A stretch of 64,000 bases of DNA from Azolla caroliniana (GCA_043228905.1 JBHGNT010000002.1:13454001-13518000); one strand, 5' to 3'; counted from the first letter of the stretch, positions 22,588-37,897 are shown. Notes: generated by a model from the sequence alone, not told the origin. Numbers and translations are program-made.

Positions 22588-25280
22588 TGTTCGGGTGCAA
22601 AGATCGAGATAAATGAGCACAAACAGAAAAACAGAAGAACAGAAAACACAAGTACAGAGACATAAGATATTTTACGTGGAAAAACCCGAAAAGGGAAAAA
22701 CCACGTGGAGTCCATAAACTCCAAAAAAGATCACTATGAGAAGAGGAGTACAACAAGAGGGTTCAATGCAGCGACCTTGAGCTCTTCTTCGTCAAGTGAC
22801 GGCTATAGAGTTACACACTCTTTCACTAGTTATAGAAGCAACTACCTTCTGTAGCAATATGACAATAATGATACACCTACTTCTTCTTTTCTTCACCATA
22901 AAGTTTTCCCTAATTGTATTTCTACTTATACAACTTTCTGGCTATTTACATACATGGCCCACAAGGGGTACATTTTAGACTATTTACATATATCGTCTCC
23001 TGATTTCGGTTTTGATTGTCGATTTCGGTGGCCTTTCGGCCTCGGCTGAAATACTCATTGAATTCATCTGATTTGGTTCGTTCTCTTCCCATCCGGAGGG
23101 ACCTAATTCCCAACAAACTCTCCCTTCACTCCGGCATGGGGTACTTCTCCAATCCGACTGTTTGTCGGCACGCATTCAGCTTCTCTGCCGACAACACCTT
23201 CGTCAACATTTCTGACCTATTGTCATTGGTGTGGATCTTTACTAGAGCAAAATCCTTTTCTTCTACTCGTTCTCAGAGCCAATGGTATCTTCTTTGGATG
23301 TGCTTGGTCCTCAAGTAGTAGGCGGCATTCTTCGCAAGAAGGGTGACACTCTAGTTATCTCAATGGAGTCGGAATTCCTCTTGCGGAATCCCCAACTCTC
23401 CGATGAACTCCTTCGACCAAATTATCTCCTTGCCGGCTTCCATTGCGGCCATATACTCTGCGTCTGTGGTCGACAGCGCCACGGCCTTCTATAGCCTCGA
23501 CTGCCACGAGATAACTCCCCTTGCATAATTCATCACATATCCGAACGTGGATAGGTTGGTATCCACATCAACCGACATGTCCTTCCAGTGTGGGGTTACT
23601 CGAGCCGAATCAGAGACATACATTCAAGGTGCCTCTTAGGTACCAAAGTATCCACTTCACAGCAACCCAATGCTCTTTTCCAGGATTGCTCATATATCAG
23701 TTGACCACTCCAACTGCGTATCCAATGTCTGGCCTAGTACAAACCATCTAGTATATCAGGCTTCTGACTACCAAGGCATAAGGGACTTTTGACATCTTGG
23801 CCTTCTCGACTTTCGATTTCGGACATTGGTCTTTACTTAGCTTATAGTTTGTCAGCAGTGTCAAGCCGACTAGTTTCGCATTTTCCATGCCGAATCTCAG
23901 GAGCACTTTTGTTGCGTACTTCTCCTGTGATAGCCATATAACAATTTCTTTGTTCAATCCCGAACAATGTGCATTCCCAGGATTTGTTTTGCCAGACCCA
24001 TATCTTTCATTGAGAACGACCTACTCAAGGCCTTCTTCAAACTTCTGATTTTCCTCGCATCCTGTCTGACAATCAACATGTCATCAACATACAACAGGAG
24101 GATGAGAAAATCTCCTCCATCATACTTCTTGACAAAGACACAATGATCTACTTGTGTCTTGTCGAAATCGTGATCCACCATGAAGGATTCGAATTTTCGG
24201 TACCATTGCCGAGGTGCCTACTTCAACCCATACAAGCTCTTTCTTAATCGACATACCAAATTTTCTTTACCTTTTTCTTTGAATCCTTCCGATTGGTGCA
24301 TGTATATCTCTTCCTCCAAATCTCCATGAAGGAAGGTAGTCTTGATGTCTAGTTGCTCAACTTCGAGATCCACGCTGGCCGCAATGCTCAACATTGTTCG
24401 GATTGACGTCATCTTCACGACCAAGGCAAATATTTCTTCGAAATCGACACCTTTTTTCTGTTGGAAACCCTTTCCAACGATTCGTGCTTTGTATCTCGGT
24501 GGATTTCCGCCATCTCCCGGTTTCAACTTGTATACCCACTTATTCTATAGTGCCATCTTCCCTTTTGGCAATTCAGTCAATTCGTATGTGTAGTTCTCAT
24601 GCTAGGAATCCATCTCCTCTTGCATGGCACATAACCACTTTCGGTTGTGGGTATCATTCTTAGCTTCTGCAAAGCTTTATGGCTCCCCCTCATCGGTTAT
24701 CAACACATATTCACTATCCGGGAATTTCCGGGGGGGTTCTCCTCTCTGTAAGGGGATATCTTCGGCCTCCATTCGGCACGATCAGTTCTGTTTCAACTTC
24801 TTCGGCCGAGTCGAATTTGGTTCCTTGTTCAGCAAGTTCCCCTTGTTTTTCAGTCGATTCTCGATTTTGTCGAGTATTAAATCGACCGACTGGCTCGGAT
24901 TCAATTTTGATCAACTCAACTTCTACTCGATCCGGCAGAGCATCCACTCGACCCAATTCGGTAGTTCGAGACTTATTCTCAATCTCACAATCAACAATGA
25001 TTCGTCTTCTCTTCCATGAAGACGATTTCTCAGCTCCTAATCACCTTCTTCTTAGCTAAGTCCCATAGCCGATAGCCGAATTCGTCCTCACCGTAGCTAA
25101 GAAATATACATGGTTGTGATTTCAGGTCCAACTTCCCCTCTTGTCCTTTGCAACATGCACATAGGCAAGACAGCATAACACCCTCAAGTGTCGGTACAAA
25201 ACGTATTTGCCGCTCCACACCCTTTGTGGAATATCCCCGTCAAAGTGTATTGAGGGTGATCGGTTTACCATATACGTTGT
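22588..25280 (-). mobile_element. Ty1/copia 3' half (INT C-term, RT, RH, PPT, 3' LTR 22588-23115), decayed
   Basis: Relative of the element at 10113 (GNPPRYKARIV, GGDFLILLLYVDDML, ends PMPE*). PPT at 23116-23128. Cut in INT by the gypsy LTR at 25281. Confidence 0.9.
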
Positions 25281-28200
25281 TGTTGGCCGATCGACCACCA
25301 AGGTCAGAGTCAGACATATGGGAAAGGAAGTCGGAGTCGAACAAGTAGGCAAGTGTCGGAGTCAGATTGAAGACGAGGATCGATGAGTAAAAAAATTAAA
25401 TAATAATATTTTGCCAAGTAGAAAGATATATTAATTAGTTAGGATAGATTTGTAATAATTCTTGCCGAACAAGGGCAAGGGTAATCTTGGAAAGAGACTC
25501 ACAATTCACCTATAAAAGAAGGACCGAGAGTATTGTAAATCTATCATTCTATTCTGGAATTAATATAAGTTAGTGGTTAGAGTATCTCTATGTTGACAAT
25601 ATCTTTGTTCATTGCTATTTTCCATGTTGATCTCTGATTATCTGTGTTTACTAAGTAATTATATTAAGACTAGTAGTCGATCACGGTTATTAGTACAATT
25701 TCTAATTACCTACTAGTTCGTCTATTCATTTCCTACCACAATCATCTTGATAGAACGTTCAACCTATTGTGTATGCCAGTTACAACAGTCGGTTGTCGGC
25801 ATATCAACACAATATTTTGGCACCCCCGGTTACATCTGTAGGCCAAAAAAGACCATGCACACGATTGGTCACTCAACGTGTAGCAGGTGGGAGTGTTGAC
25901 AATTCAGTACCTATCAATCAGACTCAGCAAGAAGCTGAAGGGGAGTGGAGTGCAATTCTCGATTTAACTGATAGTCATTCGGACGAGGACCAGTCCGAAC
26001 ATAGTTCTTTTTGCGACATTTGGGAAGAGGACAATATGCCTTACCCTTACTCAAAGTATCGGGATGGAGCCGATGCGGAAGCACATGCGTGCGATTTTCT
26101 GATGACATGGGAGGTGAACCATGTGGCACATCGACTGTCGGCTGCAACTGAGGAAAAATCCAAAATCGATGAGTTTGTCTTATCGCTTGACGGTACGTTG
26201 GCGAATTGGTATGTCCAGCATGGGCCAAAGGTGTTCAACTCATTCGAACAATTAGTTTCGAAGATTACCCAATTATTTCATCGGCAGATCCCACAAAAGG
26301 ATCTAATTGGTCAGTTCTATGTGGCGTATCAGGGGCCACATGAAACAGTGTCGCAATTTGTGATCTGATTTCAAAACTTACGACTTTAGATTTCGCGGCC
26401 AATTCCAGAAGCAGAGTTGAAGGATATATTCCTAGAGGTTATACATGAACCTCTTCGAACAACTCTAGCGGTATTTCAATTTCCGGAATCAATCACTTGA
26501 GCAAATGGTAGATAAAGCTCTCACAATGGATTGGATGCACAATAATAACACTATGAACATGTCATTGTTACACCAGAACTTACCTACATTAGAAGAGCTC
26601 ATATTCAGGCAAATTGTTCAATGTGCCTCTTGCCTCAATACAGGGCATTCCAAAGCGCATTCAGTCGAGCAATGTGAGTATAATCTGCTCAATAAAACAA
26701 CCGCACAGATTCGGCAAATACATCTTGAAAATAATTATCAGGAAAATCAGAATCGGTTAGGGAATCGGTTGCATGACACGGTCGATCAAGATATGATGAC
26801 CGGTATCAGTCGGAACAACGAGATGATTCTTGGCGTGAAGATAACCGTAGAGATGATAACCAGCGGAATGGTAGCCGCCGAGATGATAATGGGAAAGAAG
26901 ATAATCGGAGAGACGATTATCGATGGGATGACTATCGGCGGAATGACTGATCTGATGATGATCGCCAAGATGACTACCAATGGGATAGTCAAAATAATTA
27001 TGATCGGGACTACTCACCCCGACGAGATAACAATAACCGCCAACCCTACAGCGAAAGTCGTTATCAGGATGACAGAAGGTCCAATAACTATAGAAGAAAT
27101 GATGATAATCGACCACCAAATCGTCGATTTAATGACAATCGGAAGCCAAAATGGTCTCAGCAATTTCAACATGATTCCAGAGACAGATAATTCTGAATCT
27201 CAAGATGCTTGTCGACCTCAATATGAACCCTGAGAATCTAGTGGCTCGTCAGTTCCAAATTGCTACATATGCAAAAAATATGGGCACTATGCAAATCAAT
27301 GCCCAATGAAAGATAAAGTAAAGGCACCAACAATAAATATGGTGGTATCAGAAATACAACAAGTAACCACTCGTAGTAAAGGTAAACAATCATAGTGGGA
27401 GGTGCAGGAAGCCATATGGAAGTTGGGTAAGGAGTGGGTCAAAGAAGCCAACAACAATAATGTCGCTAGAATGTTACAAGACAAGGCTGCATCAACCGAT
27501 GCTCAACCAGTCGGACAGTCGGCACCCAAAACGACACCAGAAGATGAAAAAATATGGAAAATCTTGGCAGATTGCCAAGTGTCATTAGCCTTGGCAGGAT
27601 TATTAAAACTAGTGCCCAGATTCACGGAGAAGGTCGGCACAATTATTCCGCAGAATGGGGCAGAGACACTATCAGTCAATTATAGCAATCCAATTATGGG
27701 GCCGACAGTGATAAATGAACATAGTCCATCTATTAAAGTGATGATCCGTGGCCAAAAAGTCACATGCAGTATTGTCGACGGCGGATCAGGAGTTAATGTG
27801 ATTAATAAGCGCACATGTGATCGGTTGGGAATTACCAAATGGGATGCATGTCCCTTCTGGCTAAGAATGGCTGACACAAGTATGGTACGACCATTGGGTC
27901 CAATCTGTCAATTGGACTTCATCGTAGGAGGCCACACTTTCCAAATTCCGATAGTATTGCTTCATGTTGATGCACCCAATGCATATCCATTGCAATTAGG
28001 CTGACCTTGGCTAAAGACTGCTAATATCAAACAGAATTGTAAGAACACCTTAACATTCCGAAAGGGCAAGAGTAAGATCCAGGTGTTGACACAAGAGAAC
28101 GTCAACACGACTCGACAATGTTTACCGATCCATGCCAAAGCAGTAAACATGTTGGAAGGATTGAATGAGGCAGAAGAAGATCAATATTTTGAGGACAATC

Positions 28201-31200
28201 CAAAGATAATTCCATTGTTCAAAGTCAACATTATGCAGGCACTCACGCCATATGTAGATGAGGATGATAAGGGAGAAGAAATCCCTCTAGATGACAAAAC
28301 ATTAAGGGAATTATGACTTCAACAAGAAGCTTCAGAAAGGGAGATGTAGGTATCCCAAAGAGTTCCGACATCGGCATTAGAAGAATTAAATTTAGCCGAT
28401 GTCGATGCCGAACCAAGGACAAGTCTAATTGCCAAAGAAATGGAGTCGGCCGATAAAGCCAAGATTACTGACCTATTACGTCAATATAAGGATGTTTTCG
28501 CATGGTCATTTGAAGATATGAAGGGATTAGATCCGGTGTTCTATCATCATCAAATAAATTTGCATAAAGATACCATGTCGTTACAACAACGTCGGTACAT
28601 ATTAAATCCGAATTATGCTGTGAAAGTAAAAGAGGAAATCAACAAACTACTTAGAGTCGGTTTTATTCTACCAGTGAAAAAGGAAACTTGGTTAAGCCCA
28701 ATCGTCGTCGTACCAAAAAAGACTGGAAAGATCAGAGTATGTGTCGATAATAGAAGGGTAAATGTGGCCACAGTAATGAATGCATTTCCATTACCTTTAC
28801 GAATGGAGTTTTGGATGCAGTAGCCGGCCACGAAAGTTATAGCTTTCTGGATGGATTTAGTGGCAATAATCAGGTCCGAATGCACCACCCAGAGGATCAG
28901 GATAAATACGACATTTTTCACCGAATAGGGAGTATTCGTAGCAATCTTCATGATTTTCGCCTTAAAAACAACTTTGGCGACATTTCAGCAGGTCATACAG
29001 GAAATTTTTACTAATTATATACCTAAATTTATGCAAGTATTCCTGGATGATTTTGTAGTCTATAGCAAAAAAGAAGATCATCTGGAACATCTCTGTCTTT
29101 GTCTGGAAAGGTGCCGACAAGGACTCTTGAGTCTCAATCTTGCTAAATGTGCATTCGGAGTAACGAGTGGTACATTACTCGGCCATATTGTTAGTCGAGA
29201 AGGCATTGTGATCGATCCCGACAAAGTAAAAGCAATTATGGAAGCGCCAGCATCACAAATGCCAAATATCTTAGTAGATTTTTGGGCCAAATAAGATGGC
29301 ATAGCCGGATGATTCAGTATTTAGCCGATGTGGCAACACCCTTACATACGGCAATACATAAATTTCCTTTTCAATGGACGATAGCCGAGCAAGATGCGTA
29401 CAACTGCCTTAAGAAGATGCTCACTAAGATACCACTTGTACAACCTCCCGATAGGGAGAAAGAGTTTCATGTCGTCATCGATGCATTCGATGTAGCAATC
29501 GGTAGTTCCTTAATGCAGTTGTTGGAGCCGACCTGGTACAAACGAGTTTATTACGCAAGCCGGAAGCTATCAATGGCGGAACGCAACTATTCGACAACCG
29601 AATGCGAGGCTCTCGTCATGATATATAGTATCAACAAATTCCGTCATTACCTATTGGGCCACAAATTCACATTTCATGTTGATCATTCGACATTGTTATA
29701 CTTAGTGTCAAAACAAGAGCTAACAGGAAAACTGGCCCTATGGACATTACTGTTGCAAGAGTTTGAATTGGACATACTCCATCGACCAAGGGTACAACAT
29801 GCAATTGCCGACTATCTAGTTGGCTAGAACAGGGAGAATCGGGTATAGTAGTAAAGGATGATTTTCTCGACGCTCAACTCTTCCGAGTTGACAGAGTGGC
29901 GTCCACAAAAATGGACGACGAAAAGGCAGATTTATGGATCTCAGAAATGACAATTTTTCTTAGTACCAGACTGCCACCAGAAGGAATGTCACTAGATGAA
30001 AGAAAAAGGCATGCGGTTTGAAGTAGGAACTTCTGTCTACTGAACGACACGTTATACCATAAAGGAGCAGACGGTATATGGCGGCATGCAGTTCGACAAA
30101 TTCAAAAAACAAGCATTTTTGTGCAAGGACCATTGCGGTATTGTCGAGGGACATTATGTTGGGGAAACAACGGCAAGCAAAATTTGGAATACTAGTCTAT
30201 GGTGGCCGACTACCTCAAAGGACACAGTCGAGTACTGTCGACAATGTGATTTATGTCAACGAACTAGCCAACCCACGGAAAGGGATAGGATGCCACATTG
30301 GCCGGTATTACCCTTAGAGACATTCCAGAAATGGGGCCTCGACTTTGTCAGACCATTCAAACCGGCAGCTACAAGAACCAAGAAACGATACATTATCGTC
30401 ACCACCGACTATTGTACCAAGTGGGTTGAAGCCAAGGATCTTTGAGATAACACAGCGGCATCCACAACAAAATTTCTCTATGCATACATATGGTGTCGAT
30501 TTGGGTGCCCAATAGAACTAGTAAGTGATCAGGGTACTTATTTTATAAACAGAATTGTCCATGAATTATCCACTTACTATGCAATAGTGCATAAAAAGAG
30601 TACTTTGTACTACCCTCAAGCCAATGGGTTGCCGAATCAACAAATAAGACACTACAAATTATTCTGAGAAAAATAGTTAAAGAGAACATAAAAGACTAGG
30701 ATCAGAAGCTCCATAATGCTTTGTGGGCATACCGTACTTCCTACAAGACGGTTATCAAATTGACCCCATTTTGAATGACATTCAGATTAGAAGCAGTAAT
30801 GTCAGTCAAGTTCCAAATTCCGACATTAAGGGTTTAGATCACAGAAAGATTGGATGAAGAGCAGTCAGAATGAGTGCAGAAGGAGCAATTGTTAGTATTG
30901 GAAGAAAGTCGGCTCTGAGCCATGTGTGCAATAGAGCAGAAGCAGGGGCAAACTAAGGCATTTGTTGATCGACAACAACAAGAAAAGGAAAATATGTTTG
31001 AAGTCAGCAAGTCTGTTTTAGTATTTCAAACAAAGATGGGTTTGATGCCGGGTAAACTCAGATTTCGATGGACAGGCCCATTTTTGGATTATCGACAGTA
31101 AAAATGGTACGTATCGAGTGAGCACATTAGCTAGCGAAATCATGCCAAAATGGGTTAATGGATTTCGACTTAAACCATATCATGGACCAACACCGGCAAA

Positions 31201-32046
31201 TCCATTCAGAGTCGAAGTCAACGCCGACAACCCGTTGACCACGTAGTGAGGTGGCAAGGGACAAAATTGTAAATAGCATAAACACCCAAAAAAACAAACT
31301 TGGCAAAGATATAACAGAAAAACGATTCTGGTTATGATGACTTCTTGGCACTGTCCTTTTCAGACTATAAAGGAACATGCCAACAAATCATTCATTATGA
31401 GCAGTGGTTATTAAAAGCTATTATTACTATATTCGAACTGTCACTGCCATTAATAGCATATTGTCATTAAACTCCTCGAAAAATGGCTCAACACTTCATA
31501 AAAAACCCTTCCTCTATATTCAGAGCCTCACAACAACACAGAAATTTTCAAGCGAATAGAGCGCATAGAGTGATCAAACAACCTTCTCAAGCTTCCTCCT
31601 TCCGCAACCGACAACTAGAGCAGCGCTTTCGCTATTCTCCGACCAACACAAACAACAACAACACCATCTTCGAGGTAACAGAAGACAAAAATATGTCGAT
31701 TCTTGTATCCGATTCACTTCATTAATTATTGCAAACCAAGGGTCTGCAAGGTTATCTCAGTATCACCGATGTCAAACCTCATCCTTGAGCTTCTAAAATC
31801 ATTAACCAAATTGATGTGGCCAAATTCATGAATAAACAAGTACACCGATTTTTTAATTTGAAACGTGAAGGGTTTGATGGCATCGATCCTCTACAGCTTG
31901 AGGTTCTAAATTCATACTTTGGCGATTATTCGCCATCAGACCCAAGGTGGCAACGACGACTTCTTTCAAGAAGTCGCCAAATTTTTGTTGGAAGTGGCAT
32001 TTGTGTAATAACCAAGATCATTAATCCTAAAATAAAGATATATAAA
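25281..32046 (+). mobile_element. Ty3/gypsy non-chromovirus (Athila/Phygy/Selgy-like): 5' LTR 25281-25809, gag-PR-RT-RH-INT, 3' extra region; decayed
   Basis: LTR TGTTG...CAACA; PBS TGGCACCCCCGG at 25818. R/D-rich gag with CYICKKYGHYANQC; PR IVDGGSGVNVI; RT WLSPIVVVPKK, YSFLDGFSG, FLDD; RH RNYSTTECEAL; INT KWGLDF and DYCTKWVEA. Confidence 0.9.
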
Positions 32047-34895
32047 TGACACAATCATACTGAAAATACGCGTTACCACCCATCCACCCCCGCGCCAGAG
32101 TCGACAGCGCAGACGAGGAATCCCGATCTGTCCCATACCAGCCAGGATCTCCACGTCAGGACCTTGGTAGATAACTAGTCCATCTCAAAGAGAGCTTCGT
32201 CTGAACCACTCATGGGGCCTCCCCCTTAACTAAGGAGAGTCTCCCCTATTTATAGGACCTAGGCCATGTAATGACATCTACTTGACCAATCATGTGTGGG
32301 GTACTCTATGACACACATTAGGTCAGTCCAATAAAGCCGACGACTCAAATATTAGAGTATGATAGCCCCCAAATAAGCACGTCTAAAACAATGAACATTA
32401 CATACTCCTCCCCTCTGTTTAATTGCACTCTTGCAATGGGAAGTTAGGAAAATGTTTGCGTAATGTCTCTTCAGTTTCCCACGTGTTGTCTTCTTCCAAT
32501 CTATCCTTCCACTTAACCTTATAGTGATGAACAACCTTTGACCTTAGGTTTTTGGACCTATGGTCGAGGATTTTCGTACGTTCAGTGGAGCAAAATGATC
32601 ATCCTTCAATGTCGATAAATTAGACGGTGTTAAAACATTATCATCATAACCAATCACCTCCTTTAATCGACTCACATGGAATACGGGATGAACCATAACA
32701 TTGGAAGGCAAGTCCAAACGATAAGCATTGGGACCTATACGTTTTAAAACTTTATATGGTCCACAATACCGAGGGGCTAATTTTGCACACGGTCCTATTC
32801 TCAATGTTTATGAGTCCTTAGGAACTTGTAGAAAAACTTGTTGTCCTACGTGAAATTCCCTTGGTTTTCTATCATGATTCGCATAAAAGACATTTCTGTC
32901 TCGTGCCATCTTAAGGTTTTCTTCTGCCAATTAATGTGCTTCAAGCATATCAGAGAGAAAATCCTTTGTACTATCCATTGTATGCAAATCAAACGAAACA
33001 TCAATAGGAGGACGTGGCGTATAACCATACATCAACATGAACGGGCTGTATTTTGTTGATGTATGCTTAGCACTGTTGTAGGCAAATTCCACCATAGGAA
33101 GGTAAGTCTCCCATAATGATGGTTTTTGTGCTACATATCCTCTAATATCTGATTCACTCTCTCAGTCTGCCCATCTAACTGAGGATGATCAGAAGAACTG
33201 AGACTCAAAGTTGTTTGCAAATTCTGCATAACTTCTGACCAAAATGTACTTGTAAACTTGGAGTGTCGATCACTTACAATCTCCATCAGTGGACCATATA
33301 AGCTATAAAGATGTTTAATAAACTTAATAGCCAATTGCTTTGTGGTAATTGTGGATTTCGTTAGAATGAATCTTGCCATCTTGGTAAGCCGATCAACAAC
33401 CACCCAAATGGCATTATTTCCCTCCATGGAACGAGGTAATCCAACTATGAAATCCATGGATATACTTTGCCACTTTTCAGCTTGAATATTGAGAGGTTGC
33501 AATAAACCAGCTTTTTTCCGTTGCTCGACCTTAATGACCTGACAATGTGGACAATGAATAACATAGGACTCCACCTCAGGTTTCATTTTTTGCTAGAAAA
33601 ACCTAGCTTTAATCAAAGCTAATGTTCTTTGCACACTTTGATGTCCAGCAGAAGGGGCATCATGACATTCATATAGAATTTTATTCTTGATGTCCTTTAC
33701 ATGTGGTATGCAAACCTTACTATTGCGGTACAATAACCCATTCGCAACATAGTAAAGGTTCTTCTGGGTAGATGTGGTTCCATAATCGACGTCAATACTT
33801 GTTTCAACTCTCTTCCAAAACTTCGAAAATGTTTTGTCATCAAGGTATTTTTGTTTACCCCAGATTAAATCAAATAAGTCGTTGTTAAATTCCACGAAAC
33901 TTAGGGCATTAATTTCTGGAATATGACTCAGGGCATCTGCAATGGAATTCAAAGCCCTTTTTCGATATCTAATTTCGAAATCAAAGTCTTGCATCAACTC
34001 CACCCATCTTGCCTTTCGACCCTCAAAATTCTTTTGAGAGAGGAAGTATTGCAAGGATTTGTGATCCGTTAAAACAATAAATTTACTACCATACAAATAA
34101 TGTCGCCATTTCTTTAAGGCGTAAATGATAGCAAATAATTCTTTTTCTTGAACCGAGTAATTTCTTTGGGCCAAATCCAATTTTTTGCTTTCAAAAGCAA
34201 TCGGTCTCCCAATTTGAAATAATGTAGCCCCAATAGCATAATCGCTTGCATCCGTCTCAACTTCAAATGTTTGATTAGGATCAGGTATAGCTAAAGTAGG
34301 TGCATTCACAATTAACGACTTCAATTTATTGAAGGTTTCTTCAAGAGAGGCATTCCACTCAATAGGTTTAGTGGACTTTCTTGTAATACCCTTCAATAGG
34401 TCCGTAAATGGTGCAGTGTAGGATGAATAGTTTTGAAGAGATCTTCCTAGAAATCCAACAAATCCTAAGAAAGATTGTAGCTCCTTAACATTTGAAGGTC
34501 GTGGCCAATTTAATACCACTTCTATCTTAGATTTATCGATAGACACACTCGACCTAGATATGTGGTGTCCAAGATACGTGATTTCCTTTTGAAAGAAATC
34601 ACATTTAGATAGTTTGGCAAATAGGTTGTATTCACGAAGCTTGTCCAAAACTATTTGGACATGACGCACATGATCGTCAAATGTATTACTATATACCATG
34701 ATGTCATCAAGGAATACGACCATGAAATCACCAAGTTGATCTCTGAATATATCATTCATCAATTGTTGAAATGTGGCTAGAGCATTCGTCAACCCAAATG
34801 GTAGAACCCGAAACTCATAATGACCATAACGGGTTCGGAAAGTTGTTTTGGAAACATCTTCTTCCAAAACCCTGATCTAATGATAGCCAGTGCGA
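32047..34895 (-). mobile_element. Ty3/gypsy chromovirus 3' part (RT-RH-INT-chromodomain, PPT, 3' LTR 32047-32402)
   Basis: ORF 33593-34867 RT/RH (FRTRYGHYEF, FLDD, ETDASD, RNYSVQEKEL); INT WQSISMDFIVGLP and HPQLDGQTERVNQ; GPY/F motif and HPVFHVS; PPT at 32403-32416. Confidence 0.92.
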
Positions 34896-37800
34896 TGTCG
34901 TGAAGATCCATCACTAAGCGCGGATCGTGAGGTCTTCTTAAGAAACTCAATATTTGGGTTCGGAATTTGGAATTTCTTCAGTTACACAGGTTTGGAGCTC
35001 CCATTGTCCTTGGTGTTACAAATTTTTGCTTTGATATAATATAATTGTCAATAATCACTCTTGTGATTTACAGATTATATTAAGATATTGTATGCCATCA
35101 CCAATACTATGGGAGGTACTCTCAAGTAATCTAAGTTTTACTAATCTAACTTCTGTAATGATATCAATCGTTTATTGACTTGCTCATCTCTCTGACTAAA
35201 GCATGCGAATAAAGTTAAGTTTCTACTTGTTTTGATGGCATGGCACATGGTTAGTTTCAAACGATAATGATCAATCTTAGCAAGATTTGGCATGTTTGGA
35301 CGAGTTCCACCCTCCAAATGAATTTGTTGCCCGACATGAGTGATGACGAGTGGAGTTGTTTTTTGAGTTGTTTCAATGGCTATTTGGATGCCCTACAACT
35401 AGATGTCCCCAAAATATGAATTATAGGCAGAAGCTTGGAACTTCTTGTCAATTTTGATGTGGAGCCAAATTTCTCTTGATTAAGCTCTTTTTCATTAGTT
35501 ATTTATGAGAGTAAAAATTTGAGCTTTGTTGACACGTATTCTCAGTATCATTATGCCTATGCTACAAGGATAATGTTTAATAATTTGCAAAAACAAAATA
35601 TTGTTGCATGCAGTGCATTTGTTTCCGAATATACACTATAGTTGTGGATGTGAAGCCATACAAGTCGATAAGGATATGAATAATGTTGGATACATCCTTA
35701 TTTAATCATACTTGAGCCATAAATGTTTTCTTCTAATGAAGTCTTTTTTGAAATTCTAATGATTTGGGCCAAAATTTAGATGAAGATCGATGCTAAATTA
35801 TCCTAATTTCTGCATAATGATAGATCGGGACTATAGACGTGAGGAGATTAGACAACGTTTTAGATCATTGTCGCTTAGTCGTGATCACATTCGAATGTTT
35901 CGATACAGAATCTCGTCGCATTTAATGGAAGGATTCCTTAACAACTGCATTGAGAAGAATCTCATTAGGTTCGAAGAAGACCGAGAAGACTCAACACAGA
36001 TTTGTGTTTGTGCAAAGGAAACGTAGATGAATATGAGACTCCTCAGAGTTCTCAAATTTTTCACTGTATGTAGTTGAAATCAGAGATTGCATATATGATC
36101 TAGTGACTACACTTGTACAAATCTTGTTTAATCTCAACCGATTTTGGTAGCTCCTCTAGTTCTGGTCTTCGAGCTAACTTGGGCTTCATTACGATTTCTT
36201 TTGTTTTGTGTACTCACACATATCACAATACCACAAACTATTTTCCTTCAACTTGTTGTTTTGTATTCTGATTTAATTATATCGTTTAGTTTCTTCCATA
36301 GTTCAAAGAATTCATTTTTCTGATATTTTTTCTTAAAATCTTTATTGAGTATAGGATGTAGTGAGAGGAAAGTTATGAAAGGGAAAGTTTCGAGTAAGAT
36401 ACCTTGAAATAATCACTGTTCTATTTGGCATAAGTAGCTTTCCATTGGTCTTCAATAGAAATGTCATGTTAGCAACTTCCTCATTGTTTAATTAATGGTA
36501 AATTACAATAGCCATGTCTTAGTTGCATGTATTTGTATATCCTTCTGGATTACCACCTACTTTTGAAATTGATCAATACACATAATTAACAATGGTACTC
36601 TACCAATTTCAAATGTTACGATCCACTCATTGTGTGTTAAGATGAATTGTTGTTGGAAGTCTAAGTCCTTCCCATTCTTGATACCTCGCGGTCATACTAT
36701 TCTATTTATTTATTTAACTTCTATACCTTAATTGAGTAGTGTTAGGACAACTACATACAAATGTAGTCCCTATTGATTGGTGAAGTTGGCAAAAGGAAGT
36801 CATACATTCTTGTCCATTTGATAGTGAATAATAATGCATTCTCAATCACAAGGATGCATGGGGGGCCTATGATGACAACATTGTTAATTCTTTTGCTATA
36901 AGAACATGTCAAGGAGACCATTTTTTGACTTGTATTTCCACAAACTAGCTAGTATTTGCTTCCAATATTGTTTTGATGCAGAACAATCTTATTAGGAATG
37001 TCATTGTGAATTATGAAAAGAAGCATCTTAGGAGATAGAAAAACGAATGTTAAAACCAACAACTAAAGCAAAATGTTCAATTGCATCAATCAGAGTTTGC
37101 AAACGTTTAGTTATATACTAGGGCACAAAGGTACGGTCAACAACATATGGTTAAGTGTTTGATGATGACAATTTTACACCTTGCAAGTATAAAGCAAGTA
37201 AAGGATGAGAAGTAACTGCATACAATAGGGTGTTTAGAGGAGAACCTTTTGCTAATTATTTCTCCAAAAGATCAATTCTAAATACAAGGAAGATTTGCCA
37301 CCTTAGTAGAAATGTAACCATTCTATGGGATGCACACCATGATATAAAGATATATCTTTTAGACTATCAGGGCACCTCATCTACAATAGGCGTCAATTCT
37401 CTATATCGTTCATAAAGAAGGTCAAATCCATCTATGTGTAGTTCCTTATATATCATGCAAAAACAATTTAGTTCATGTGAATAGATGAAGAAAAATTTCC
37501 ATTAAATTTGTATGAGAAACTTTAGTAATTTGTAAGCATAGTATCGAGCCATCTCTAAGAGTTAAGAGTGGCAAGTCAATACCATGAGGTGTAACTTGTA
37601 TATGCCAAACAACTACAAACTTGTGATGCAAAAAATGAACACACTTAATAATTAAGGTGTTAAATTCAATACGGACCCTTAAATGTAAATGAATTGTAAA
37701 GTGACTACATACCCTAAAACTAAATATTCGAAACCCTAAAAAAGAAAGACGTTGAAGAAGAAGAAAACCAAAAAGACACGACAAGCTTTGAGTCGGGCTC

Positions 37801-37897
37801 CTTGTGACAAACACTGTCAACTTTTTATCCACGTTGGACGGTGCAGATCGCACGCGCCGTCAGTTGAGCAACCTGAACTGAAGTGTCCAATTCCCTC
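34896..37897. mobile_element. Highly decayed putative transposon remnant, right end resembling a Mutator-type TIR
   Basis: AT-rich with broken coding-like stretches; ends ...GTGTCCAATTCCCTC with a telo-box nearby (37730). No partner TIR or TSD identified. Confidence 0.3.

Noticed and set aside
26505-27233. 242-aa Met/Ile-rich ORF as a novel protein (also 62977-63459)
   Set aside because: Largely an off-frame or antisense reading of the R/D-rich gag tract.
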